64,000 nucleotides of DNA from Octopus sinensis (Eukaryota): NCBI RefSeq assembly GCF_006345805.1, contig NC_042998.1:52452001-52516000 (forward strand), written 5' to 3'. A program made the translations under genes and the position numbers. The notes beneath the pieces were generated by a model. It was not told where the DNA came from and ran no database searches. It saw only the letters and a program-made list of their open reading frames with translations. Of this stretch, positions 37,120-48,551 are shown one piece after another (the stretch's first letter is position 1; the number at the start of each line of letters is the position of its first letter).

Positions 37120-37915
37120 GTGTAGGAGTGGCTGTGTGGTGTAAGTAACTTGCTCACCAACCGCATGGTTCCGAGTTCAGTCCCACTGCGTGGCACCTTG
37201 GGTAAGTGTCTTCTACTATAGCCTTGGGCCGACCAAAGCCATGTCAGTGGATTTGGTAGACGGAAACTGAAAGAAGCCCATCGTATATATGTATATATAT
37301 ATGTGTATGCGCGTGTGTGTTTGTGTGTCTGTGTTTGTCCCCTAGCATTGCTTGACAACTGATGCTGGTGTGCTTATGTCTCCGTCACTTAGCGGTTCGG
37401 CAAAAGAGACCGATAGAATAAGTACTGGGCTTACAAAAGAATAAGTCCCAGGGTCGAGTTGCTCGATTAAAGGCGGTGCTCCAGCATGGCCGCAGTCAAA
37501 TGACTGAAACAAGTAAAAGAGTAAAAAAAAGAGTAAAGAGTATATATATATATATAAGTATATATATAAACAAGTAAAAGAGAAAAAGAAAGATATATAT
37601 ATATATAATATATATATGTATATGTATATATATGGATGTTTTGTGTTCTTGTCCCATTTTGCATTTTATTTTATATATATATATAGGTGTAGGAGTGGCT
37701 GTGTGGTAAGTAGCTTGCTTACCAACCACATGGTTCCAGGTTCAGTCCCACTGCATAGTACCATGTCCTTGTAACTTAGCGGTTCGGCATAAGAGACCGA
37801 TAGAATAAGTACTAGGATTACAAAGAATAAGTCCTGGGGTCGATTTATTTGACTAAAAGGTGGTGCTCCAGCATGGCTGCAGTCAAATGACTGAAACAAA
37901 TAAAAGAATAAAAGA
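37120..37915 (+). mobile_element. Two tandem SINE family B copies; the second is internally deleted
   Basis: Both are preceded by ggatgttttg...gttcttgtcccattttg..ttttatt, so a local duplication rather than two insertions. Confidence 0.85.
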
Positions 37916-37926
37916 ATATATATATA

Positions 37927-38496
37927 TATTGTTAGATACATATATTAATGTATATGCTTTGTGTATTTTCCAGTAGCTGCAATGGTGTAGTGGAGTATAT
38001 AACTCACATGTCACCAGTGTTAGAACACATTAGAACCATGGACAGATGAGATAACTCACCCTCAATCCCATTTGGGAGTGATTGACATCGATGTTTCACC
38101 CTTTTTGTGGCTTATCGGCGCCACATGCCCACCTGGGTTGACGGTGAGTCACTTAGCCAGTCCACCGTCTTATATGCTCATGGCTTGTATGCCTGGAAAT
38201 TGCATACCTAAGAGAAAATTTACAAATGAAATATGTATAACAAATATTGTATAACAAATATTGTAGCTAGCTGTTGTGCTTTCAACTCAGGCAGGTAGGT
38301 AGCGATGATAAGCCACAAAAATGGTGAAATATTGATGTCCATCACTCCCAAATGCAATTGAGGGTGAGTTACCTCACCTGTCCTTGGCTCTAAGGAGTTT
38401 TAACACCGGTGACATGAGAGTTATATACACCGCTACACCATTGCTACTACTGGAAAATACACAAAGGATATACATTAGTATATGTATCTAACAATA
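37927..38496. mobile_element. Large fold-back/MITE-like element, diverged arms of about 213 bp and a spacer of about 140 bp
   Basis: attgttagatacatatattaatgtatat...cctgggttga is mirrored by tcaactcagg...atatacattagtatatgtatctaacaat. Confidence 0.85.
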
Positions 38497-38530
38497 ATTA
38501 TTAATCTAGAGCTGCTTTTATTTCATATAT

Positions 38531-39079
38531 ATACACAGACATGCAGGAAGTAAATAGGCACCTTTAATTTTCAAAATTTCTGATCTAAGCATCTTAATAT
38601 GTTTTCAGCAGTGTAGAATTTTCATTCCAGGTGCCATTATATTAAACATTTGTGAAGAGTAACCATGCCACACACAAAAAATTCAGCACAACTGTCAGGT
38701 TATTGTTGGGCAATCTGAGGCTGGTCTTAGCCAGTGAAAAATTGCTGAAAATCTTCAAATTCCTCTTGCTAATGTTAATAGAATTATAGTGCCATTCAAA
38801 AGCCAAGGAAAAGAATCAACAGATTCTCGTCCTGGCCGACCTGGGCCCTTGGAAAGGAAGCTTCACTGTTTGAAGAGAATTGTGGAAAATGAACCCCGTT
38901 CACAGGTTTCTGACATTGCAAAACAGCTAGAAGTTAATCCAAAAACGTGTGTTACATATCTGCATATGCTTGGGTATTATGGATGAGCAGCTAGAAACCT
39001 CTCCTTCAACCAATTAATATCAAATAAAAAGATTTTGAAAATTAAAGGTGTCTATTTACTTCCTGTATGTTGTGTGTGC

Positions 39080-39082
<3 letters not shown>
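38531..39082 (+). mobile_element. Internally deleted Tc1-like transposon with an N-terminal HTH remnant
   Basis: TIRs caggaagtaaataggcacctttaattttcaaaat / attttgaaaattaaaggtgtctatttacttcctg. Translates [53 protein letters not shown]. Confidence 0.85.
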
Positions 39083-39125
<43 letters not shown>

Positions 39126-39133
39126 CAAAAAAA

Positions 39134-39518
39134 ACTAGCAGTATCGCCCGGCGTTGCTCGGGTTTGTAAGGGAAATAACTATGTAAGCATTTTTAGAGAG
39201 TTATAGCAAAAAAATGCATTAAAAATGGAATAAAAAATGATGGTAATTTTTTTAAATCGTTGACACATCGTAGACATTTTTAGAGAGTTACTTCCCTTAT
39301 ATAATAGCGAAAAAATGCATTAAAATGGAAAAAATGATGGTAATTTTTTTTTTAAATCGTAGACTCATCGTAGACGCGCGCTAATACCCAGAAGGGCTCG
39401 ATATGAATCACGACTATAAGATACCCGGTTTTGGTTAAACTGCACCCCAAAATGTGGGAGTAGTTAGGAATCTAAATCGTAGGAGACAGACACACAACTT
39501 CACTTTTATATATAAAGA
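39134..39518 (-). mobile_element. Non-autonomous Helitron, same family as 46281
   Basis: Minus strand TCtttatatataaaag...cccgagcaacgccgggcgatactgCTAG|T. Confidence 0.85.
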
Positions 39519-39839
39519 TTTGTGCAACAACTAAAACATTCGGTTGTGCAAATTATTTGCCCAGGAAACCTGCCCTGTGTGGCGGTTTTTGCCGTTTTTG
39601 TGGATCTGTTTCAGCTTTTTTAGCGATTTCTGTTTTGGCGACTTCAAGCCATGAAGTCGTTGTTCTAAAAGAACGCTGGTCTCCTTGACAAAGCTTTACG
39701 ACGTTGATTTCCCTACCCTGCCTTCCCCACAGCTTCACGAGGGAGGGAAGAAGGGTGAGAAGCAACACAGGTGCAGGTGTGAGCGTGGACGCCAACTCCG
39801 CCGCCATCGACACACGAAAAATTTGGAAGAACCCCCAAA

Positions 39840-40051
39840 AATATGCTTTAAAATGGAAAAAAATTATGGTAAATTATTTTTAAAATCGTAGACTCATCGT
39901 AGACGCGCGCTAATACCCAGACGGGCTCGATATGAATCATGACTATAATATACCCGAATTTGGTTAAACTGCACCACAAAATGTGGGAGTAGTTAGGAAT
40001 CTAAATCGTAGGAGACAGACACTCACACAACTTCACTTTTATATATATAGA
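39840..40051 (-). mobile_element. Second 5' half of the same Helitron family
   Basis: Repeats 39310-39518. Separated from it by about 310 bp of more GC-rich sequence. Confidence 0.75.
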
Positions 40052-40736
40052 TATATATATATATATATAAAACAGAATAAGAGAGTAAGAACGTAACAGA
40101 TGACAATAAAAACATATGTACAGACAGATGATACAGGAGAAACCAGGGCAGAACATTCGTGGCTTTCTTCATCAGTCAAACTTCCAATCCTCATTGCAGT
40201 TTTAGTCTGTTACACTTGAGACTTTTCAAAATTGGCAGGCCCTAATAATCTAAGCTAAGGGCATTCAATTTTTGGAAGAAAGCAACTGAATATATATGAC
40301 AACACAGACAAAAAAATGAGAAAATGGAGAAACTTTTACATGGTTACAAATACAAATGACAAGAACATCAACAGGTGTCTTTCAACTTAAAAGGACAATT
40401 TAAATTGAGCTGGCATGTAAAGTGGAAGCCTTAAGGCACAAACATAGATGGAAAGTCAGGAGACAGGAAAATAAGGTGTTGTGTGGGCAGTGGTCAAGCC
40501 AAGAAAGAAAGATAATGCTTGGCTGAACACTGATCATGTGGGAAGAACAATAATTTGTTACAATTGTTTCTGCATCAGCCCTGCTTGCAATGCTACTTTA
40601 TGCAAAAATTTGAAGTAAAAATTTAGTGTTGATACCCTAGAATTCAGGTTGTGAGCTTCTCTGGAAATACCCTGACTTTATACCTTACAAGAACCTAAGA
40701 TATATATATATATACATATATACATACATATATACA

Positions 40737-40796
<60 letters not shown>

Positions 40797-42198
40797 TACA
40801 TACATATATACATATATGTATATATATATATATATAATATATATTATATATATATATATAATATTATATATATATTATATATATATATATACGTATATAT
40901 GTGTGTGTATACATATATATAATATATAGTATTGAGGATGAAAATAATGTTGTTTGTGCATGAAAACTTGTGATCAACACCATTCCAACCATGACTCTCT
41001 CATCTTACTGTTTATCTAAGAAACGATGCCCATAGCCATGTCCTTTGTTGCTTTCTAAAACAGTGGTGGCAGTGGGGTCTTGATCCAGTATATATTATGC
41101 TTTGAATGGAACATGTCAATGGGAAGATATTCACTTAGATATAAACTGTAACATCGTGCCTGTCAATGGTGTATATATGTTAATTATGTAAGATACACAG
41201 GTGACATTTATAATACAGAAATGTTTAAAATATCTTGAGTGTAATATGTTTTTACTGAACATATATATTGTACAGCTACGCTCTGCTCATAGAATAAGAT
41301 TACTTCAACAACTGATATAAAAAAAAACCTTGGTCTAGAAATAACTTTGTATCTTCCAAACAGACTTGCCAATTTAAATAAATACATTCTTAAAACCAAA
41401 ACGATATCAGGAATGATATCAGGCATCAGACATTTATTTACATTTGATAGTTAGCAGACAGAACATATCATTAAAATAATACCAATGAAAGAAAAAAAAC
41501 ATTCAAGAAATTAAAACAAGCAATAAAAAAAAATGAAACTAGTGATGTTAAAGCATTGTAAACATAAACCACATAGAGAGACCAAGAACTAAAAATAATT
41601 AAATCAATCAAAGGAATATATGATTACAACAGAATAAAGATCAAAGTATGGGAAAATCTACTGTTTGAAATTTTGTCTATGACAATAAACTCAAAGTTGA
41701 AAACAATCAAGGATATAGCATTTGTTTTCCCAACTCCATTTCCAATCACATCTAAATCACAAGTTTATCACACATGCAGACCTCATTTCAGCAAACCAGT
41801 GCTTATTGTTCATGTGATAAGTTCTAGAATTTTCTTTCAATGAAGGCCGTAAATACAGAGACTTTTAGCTTTAAAAACCCGAGGGAATTGAGACCTCATA
41901 TGTTACAGTTCCTGGTGAATTCCTCTCTCAAAGCCATTTTCACAACTTCATGCTCAAACCAACGTGATTCTCCCAATAGCTGTTTTCACAGCTCTCTGCC
42001 CAACTTGGGCATAGATGAAGAATCAACTCAGCCATGTGTAATTGCAGTGATGTGAAAGATCAGCTTAATACTCAAATATCTATGGAAGACCTCAAGCACT
42101 TGTAAAACATGATGTTCAAATAAGATTGGCTCTGTCTCTATTTCATGAAGTATTGTAAGAAATGTAGCCATAAATGTTGTATATTTACAAGACTTTAC

Positions 42199-42269
42199 CA
42201 ATGCTGCAAGGAATTGAAAGTCGATAGAAGTTCGTTCTGTGGACCAAGGAGCAAAGCCACAACACTTTG
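42199..42269 (-). CDS. Candidate exon (71 nt)
   Basis: Acceptor tttctttttctttctcttttttcttcag|, donor cattg|gtaaag. All three frames open. Confidence 0.55.
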
Positions 42270-42435
42270 CTGAAGAAAAAAGAGAAAGAAAAAGAAACTA
42301 AGGATGAAACAAAGAACATGATAAAGTAACATACCAACAACAAATTTAGCCATCATGTTCAGATAAGAAGTAAAGGCAAACATCAATACCACCATGTATA
42401 AAACATCTAATTTATGCAGTTTCTATACTGGTTAC

Positions 42436-42472
42436 CCTGGGTACGTTTGGAAAATGTCTGATACAGGAACAT
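42436..42472 (-). CDS. Candidate exon (37 nt)
   Basis: Acceptor ttttctgtctttctgttcgtgttttctctttag|, donor cagg|gtaacc. 166-nt intron to the next exon. 37+71=108 nt. Confidence 0.5.
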
Positions 42473-43444
42473 CTAAAGAGAAAACACGAACAGAAAGACA
42501 GAAAATCAAAGACCAAAAATCTCATAATTCTGAACAAAATTGACAGCGAAAACATGCAAGGAGAAAAAATAAAATGGAAGAGAAATACTGCAAGAAATAC
42601 AAAATACGTAAATAAATATATAAATAACATGCAAAATCAAAGACTTTCTTAAGACAAAGAAATCTCTAAATCAAAGAATTTGTCTTCATGGAAAGTATTT
42701 TATGATAACATTCTGTGGAACTAAACAAACACTTCTCTGACCCAAAACAACTACCAAAAACTAAAAACAAATTGAAATTAACACAGCCCCAACAGCAACT
42801 AGACTAAAAGCCTGTAGAAGACTATAGGCAATGACTGGAATGCTATGAGTGTAGCAAGGAAAAGCCCATCACTAGGTCAATACTGGCAAGAAATAACCCC
42901 AAAATTAAGATTGCTGCTACATTACACAAACAACAGAAAGTTACCTGGAAATGACAAAATAATAAATTTCTGCTTAAAATATCAGATGGGTATACACAAA
43001 AACAAAACTCATTCAATAATTACTAAGACATTAAAATGATTAACTGGGAGAATCATTAGCACACCAGGCAAAATGTTTAGTGGCATTTCATCCATCTGAG
43101 TTCTGAGTTCAAATACAGCTGTTTGGAAAGACCATCAAATCACCATGCATGAGTTATTGGAAAACAGATGCATGTATCATTGGATGAATCATTCGTGTAA
43201 CCATGATGCTCTGGTGATCTCATGAGCTAGCTTTCTGTATCTGTACTGATTTATGAATATACAATTGTATAATGCATTACATGCATATTAATGTATAACC
43301 CATGCTAGCATGGAAAACGGACGCTAAATGATGATGATGATGATGATGATGATGATACAAATATAATATATTATATGCTGAAATTATTATTACATGAAGA
43401 AGGCTGTAAAACCTTTGAAATTCTGAGGGTGACAAGTGATTAAA

Positions 43445-43708
43445 TAAATATATTCACATACCATACTGCTTGGCTATATACTCCTCATAAAATATTTTTA
43501 TCGAACAGATCTGGATTTCAACTGCATGGAACTCTGGTCCATTTTGTCGGTGTCCTTCCCGTTTGATAAAGGCAGAAAATTTTGTGGCATCTGTAATTCC
43601 GAACTTTTTCATATTTTGTTCACCAAAGGCCCTTTAATAAACACAATCGTCGAAAGGTCATACAGGTGCTTACACTGGAAAAGACACACCTTTCATTCAT
43701 ATAAATAG
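43445..43708 (+). pseudogene. PLE GIY-YIG C-terminal region, 5'-truncated
   Basis: SHTILLGYILLIK...WSILSVSFPFDKGRKFCGICNSELFHILFTKGPLIN...RCLHWKRH matches the WSIL...PY....C.LC..E..I.....LN.....C.H tail seen in invertebrate PLEs. Confidence 0.7.
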
Positions 43709-44252
43709 TGACTAATATAGATAACCCCTCGATTTCCAAAAAAATTTTTGCTATATTTTACCCCAATAGTCAAAAAAGATTTTCTTATATTCCCAATTAC
43801 TACTATCCATTCTTGCGTTGCCTCTCACCTCGCCCGATTCTTTCTCCCTTTCGCTATCTACTTTCCTTTCCCTACAGTAAACATAATCGAACACACAGAT
43901 ACAGACCTTTCAACTCACAGCTGTCAGTTTTTTGACATCTACCCATCCACAAACACAATCACGCATTCAGACACACACATACACACACTAAGTCAGTTAT
44001 ATACAGTCACACACACAGGCACTCATTCACAAAAGAAATCATTTAAACCCACCATTCTGTTGACCTGCACTCTCTCACCTCACTATTCTTATACCTCTCT
44101 CCTCCTACTTCGTTTGAACTCTTGAACCTTTAGAAACTTCTAGATTCTTCTACATTCAGCCACTCTGACGTCACTCATTATAAAGAGACACTCATTATCG
44201 CCTTGAGAGCGGTCAGCTAAAAGTTTTTTGTGCATTTTGATGTCGACATAAG

Positions 44253-44350
44253 TTCTTTGATTTTCCTGATGAGAAATCTGCATAAGGTACTCCTTATTCC
44301 TTCGGAATTAGGAATATGCAGCCTTCGAAACATATGTCGAGAATAAAGGA
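44253..44350 (+). ncRNA. Type I hammerhead ribozyme with canonical core
   Basis: Stem I ttcttt-g-attttc/gagaat-aaagga. CTGATGA at 44266-44272. Stem II gaa..ctgcata/tatgcag..ttc. GAAA at 44327-44330. Palindromic mini stem III acatatgt. GUC site ends at 44338. Confidence 0.85.
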
Positions 44351-44584
44351 TATTTGTTAACTAGTCGTTCAACTCCATTCTTTCATATACTTATAATTTT
44401 AAAATAAACATACAAATTTCCGCACGAAGACACGTAGTCTATGATCTAGGGACGTAGCTTCAACCGTGTTCTTTCTGATGTGAATTTCTACCCAGGTATC
44501 GGTTATCTTTCGAATTATCCTTAATAAGATAATTCATTCAATTACTCAAATATACATATATATATATATATATATATATTTAAA

Positions 44585-44778
44585 TAATGAGGGAGATAAA
44601 TTGAATATTAATTTAATTAATATCAATTTTAAACCAGTAGCCTAGCATACAAAAATCTGAAAATCAGAGAAAATTCTAATACGTGTGTATATTTTAAGGC
44701 TAAAAACCACTATGTGGACAGCCATATGCAGCATATGGCTGTCCACATAGTGGTTTTAGCCCCTAAAATATACACACG

Positions 44779-44782
<4 letters not shown>
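44585..44782. repeat. Fold-back element with a palindrome of about 100 bp centred on 44730
   Basis: ...aaaaccactatgtggacagccatatgc A gcatatggctgtccacatagtggtttt... Confidence 0.93.
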
Positions 44783-44809
<27 letters not shown>

Positions 44810-44949
44810 TATATATATATACATATATACGTGTATATATTTATGTATGTATATATATGTGTATATGTATATATATATTAATGCATGTATATATATATGT
44901 ATGTATATATGTGTATATATATGTGTATATATATATGTAAATATATTTA

Positions 44950-45150
44950 TGCAGCATGGATTTTTGTCAGTGAACAGGTCGCGGTCTTAAAGCGACGAAA
45001 ATATTTTGACAAATTAAACTTAAATGTTGAAGTGAATCGAACGGCTTTTGTGTGTTTCTTAAAGGGCTTACAAACACCTTCCACGCTGCAATTGTTTTCG
45101 TTCCAGCACACAATCTCAGATCAAATCACTTGCTATGCAAGTACATCTCC
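44950..45150. mobile_element. Short repeat, family G
   Basis: Reverse complement of 15185-15380. Confidence 0.8.
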
Positions 45151-45190
45151 CCAATATATATACTTATGTATATATATATATATGTGTTTA

Positions 45191-45995
45191 TACATCCACT
45201 TGTTTTCAATAATAGAAATATTAAAATTACTAAGTCTCTCTAAAGGAGATTACGGCAGCGTTACTGGATATTAATAGTTATCGCCATACTAATATGGCAG
45301 TCTAAATATAAGACTAAAGCTGTTGCTGATTAGCTCCAAGAGGCCACCACCTCTAGCTAGCTATATGACACACGGACTTGCAACAACCCTGAAACATGTC
45401 TGCAGATGTCTGACTAGCAAGGTGAAGCGGCTGACCTTCCCTGTTCGAAGGTTGTAATGAACGCAGGTTCGTGTGTCATATAGCTAGCTAGAGGCGGTGG
45501 CCTCTTGGAGCTAATCAGCAACAGCTTTAGTCTTATATTTAGACTGCCATATTAGTATGGCGATAACTATTAATATCCAGTAACGCTGCCGTAATCTCCT
45601 TTAGAGAGACTTAGTAATTTTAATATTTCTATTATTGAAAACAAGTGGATGTATTCCACTGTAACTAGGTAAATAAAATCTTTGAACAGACGGTCAGTAG
45701 CGACACCTGCTGGTTCTGACTACGCTGCATTGATAAAGGGCAACAACCCTGAAACATGTCTGCAGATGTCTGACTAGCAAGGTGAAGCGGCTGACCTTCC
45801 TTGTTTGAAGGTTGTAATGAATGCAGGTTTGTGTGTCATATAGCTAGCTAGAGGCGGTGGCCTCTTGGAGCTAATCAGCGACAGCTTAAGTCTTATATTT
45901 AGACTGCCATATTAGTATGGCGATAACTATTAATATCCAGTAACGCTGCCATAATCTCCTTTAGAGAGACTTAGTAATTTTAATATTTCTATTAT
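45191..45995 (+). mobile_element. Retrozyme/PLE-like element: 190-bp inverted arm plus 1.7 tandem copies of a 360-nt unit
   Basis: 45191-45381 is the reverse complement of 45463-45653. 45381-45635 is directly repeated at 45741-45995. A hammerhead motif spans the unit junction. Confidence 0.8.
45725..45765 (+). ncRNA. Minimal type I hammerhead ribozyme, U3-A8 core variant
   Basis: ctgca-TTGATAA-aggg/caacaa/ccct-GAAA-c at g TC-tgcag. Perfect 5-bp stem I and 4-bp stem II, palindromic acatgt stem III, GUC site. Confidence 0.72.
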
Positions 45996-46202
45996 ATATA
46001 TATATATATACATATATATACATATACATATGTGTGTGTGTGTATAAAAATCATGTATATATTTATGCAAATAAACTGGGAACATGACCATCCCCAAATA
46101 CAACAATGTCTGTTTCAACACACAAATTCACATCAAGAATCTTACAAAACGAATATATAAACATGATATATATAGATGTGTACGTATATATATATATGTG
46201 TA

Positions 46203-46280
<78 letters not shown>

Positions 46281-46281
<1 letters not shown>

Positions 46282-46674
46282 CTTTATATATAAAAGTCAA
46301 GTTGTGTGTCTGTCTCCTACGATTTAGATTCCTAACTACTCCCACATTTTACGGTGCAGTTTAACCAAAACTGGGTATCTTATAGTCGGGATTCATATCG
46401 AGCCCTTCTGTGTATTAGCGCACGTCTACGATGAGTCTACGATTTAAAAAAAAATTTACCATCATTTTTTTCCATTTTAATGCATTTTTTCGCTATTATA
46501 TAAGGGAAGTAACTCTCTAAAAATGCTTACGATGAGTCAACGATTTTTAAAAAATTACCATAATTTTTTTCCCATTTTTAATGCATTTTTTTGCTATTTT
46601 TTGGCTATAACTCTAAAAATGCTTATATAGTTATTTCCCTTACAAACCCGAGCAACACTGGGCAATACTGCTAG
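46281..46674 (+). mobile_element. Non-autonomous Helitron
   Basis: A|TCtttatatataaaag ... cccgagcaacactggg-caatactg-CTAG|T. Confidence 0.88.
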
Positions 46675-46723
<49 letters not shown>

Positions 46724-46839
46724 AGATGTATATATATATGTACATACATATGCATATATATGAATATATATATATGTGTGTATATATATATGTATGTGTG
46801 TGTGCATATATATATATATATATATATGTACATAAATAT

Positions 46840-47145
46840 ACTATAGCCTCAGGCCGACAAAAGCCTTGTGAGTGGATTTTGTATATGGAAACTGAAAGAA
46901 GACTGTCGTATATAAGTGTATATTTGTGTGTGTGTATGCATGTTTATATGTGTTTGTACCCATCACCATTGCTTGACAACCGATCTTGCTGTGTTTACTA
47001 ACCTGTTACTTAGCGGTTTGGCAAAAGACAACGATAGAATAAATACTAGGCTAAGAATAAATCCTGGGGCTGGTTTCTTTGACTAATGGCAGTGCTCCAG
47101 CTTGGTCGTAGTTACATGACTGAAACAAGTAAAACAATAAAAAAC
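46840..47145 (+). mobile_element. SINE family B, 5'-truncated
   Basis: Homology to the 1506 element. Confidence 0.8.
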
Positions 47146-47359
47146 TATGGCATTTTAATCCCGAGCAGTGCCGAGTATCTCTGCTAGTCTGATATAAACC
47201 ATCTGAAAGTAGTTATAGAGAATTTCACTAAAAAACTAAATAGCTATTTTTTGGAAAGTTATGAGGAAACTAAGTCATGAAAGTTACGAAAAGGTGGCAC
47301 ACCTACAAATGTGTGCCACCTTTTCATAAAACTTTTTCTTTATATTCTTTTATTGTCTT

Positions 47360-48010
47360 CTTTTATTCTTTTACTTGCTTCAGTTATTTGACTGCAGCCA
47401 TGCTAGAGCACCACCTGAAATGGTTTTAATCAAAGAAATCGATCCCAGGACTTATTCTTTGTAAGCCTAGTACTTACTCTATTGGTCTCTTTTGCCAAAC
47501 CACTAAATTACGGAGACGTAAACACTCCAGCATTGGTTGTCAAGCACTGGCAGGGGGACAAACACAGACAAACACACACATAAATACACACACTCGCACA
47601 CACACACATATACTGGTCAAAAGTCACCTGACAGTAAATCAAAACTATTTAATTCCAAGATTTATTTATGTTCAACAACTGAATGAATTTAATAAAAGCA
47701 TTTAAATGTGAAACATCATGAAAATTGTTCAAACTGATGTCCTCCTTGAGCGAAACAATTTTTCCATTTGAGTCAATACAGGATTACAGATAGTATTTAT
47801 GGAATTTTGATTTACTGTCAGGTGACTTTTGGCCAACCCAATATATACATATGATGGGCTTCTTTCAGTTTCAGTCAACCAAATCCTCTCACAAGACTCT
47901 GGCTGACCCAAGGCTATAGTAGAAGACATTTGTCCAAGCTGTCATGCAGTGGGATTGAACCCAGAACCATGTGGTTGGGAAGCAAGCTTCTTACTACACA
48001 GCCATGCCTG
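47360..48010 (-). mobile_element. SINE family B with a nested mariner MITE
   Basis: B homology at 47360-47610 and 47844-48010. Confidence 0.82.
47611..47843. mobile_element. Mariner-type MITE inserted in the SINE microsatellite
   Basis: TIRs ggtcaaaagtcacctgacagtaaatcaaaa / ttttgatttactgtcaggtgacttttggcc, TA flanks. Confidence 0.82.
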
Positions 48011-48425
48011 CACCTATAGTGATATTATCATTCAAATTTATTTTGCATTGTCTCCGATCTCAGAATATAGTTATAAAAATGGCATTTCATGTTTTATTTT
48101 TAACAATCAATGCTTGCTCTGGTAATTTGTGATATTTTCATTGTTATTGTCTTATCGGTCAATCTGACAATCGTACAAATAATTTAGTAATCATATTTGA
48201 CTGACAGGTATATTTAAACCTTTTTCTTAGTTATTAAGCTTATTTTCCAATCGTTGTACATTTTCCATAATTGGTATATCCTTTTTCTCTTTTCTTTATG
48301 ATCTTGTAATGGCTTTGAATTGATCACCTTAAATAAATAATATTCTCCTCATATATATAATATATATAAACATATATATATACACACACACACATACACA
48401 TATATATGCATGTGTGTATATATAT

Positions 48426-48551
<126 letters not shown>

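Noticed and set aside
41700-43040. A-rich plus strand suggesting an L1-like remnant
   Set aside because: No RT or endonuclease motifs. Better explained as T-rich intronic sequence of the minus strand.
47284-47329. 15-bp perfect hairpin resembling a terminator
   Set aside because: Eukaryotic context. More likely juxtaposed transposon TIR remnants.
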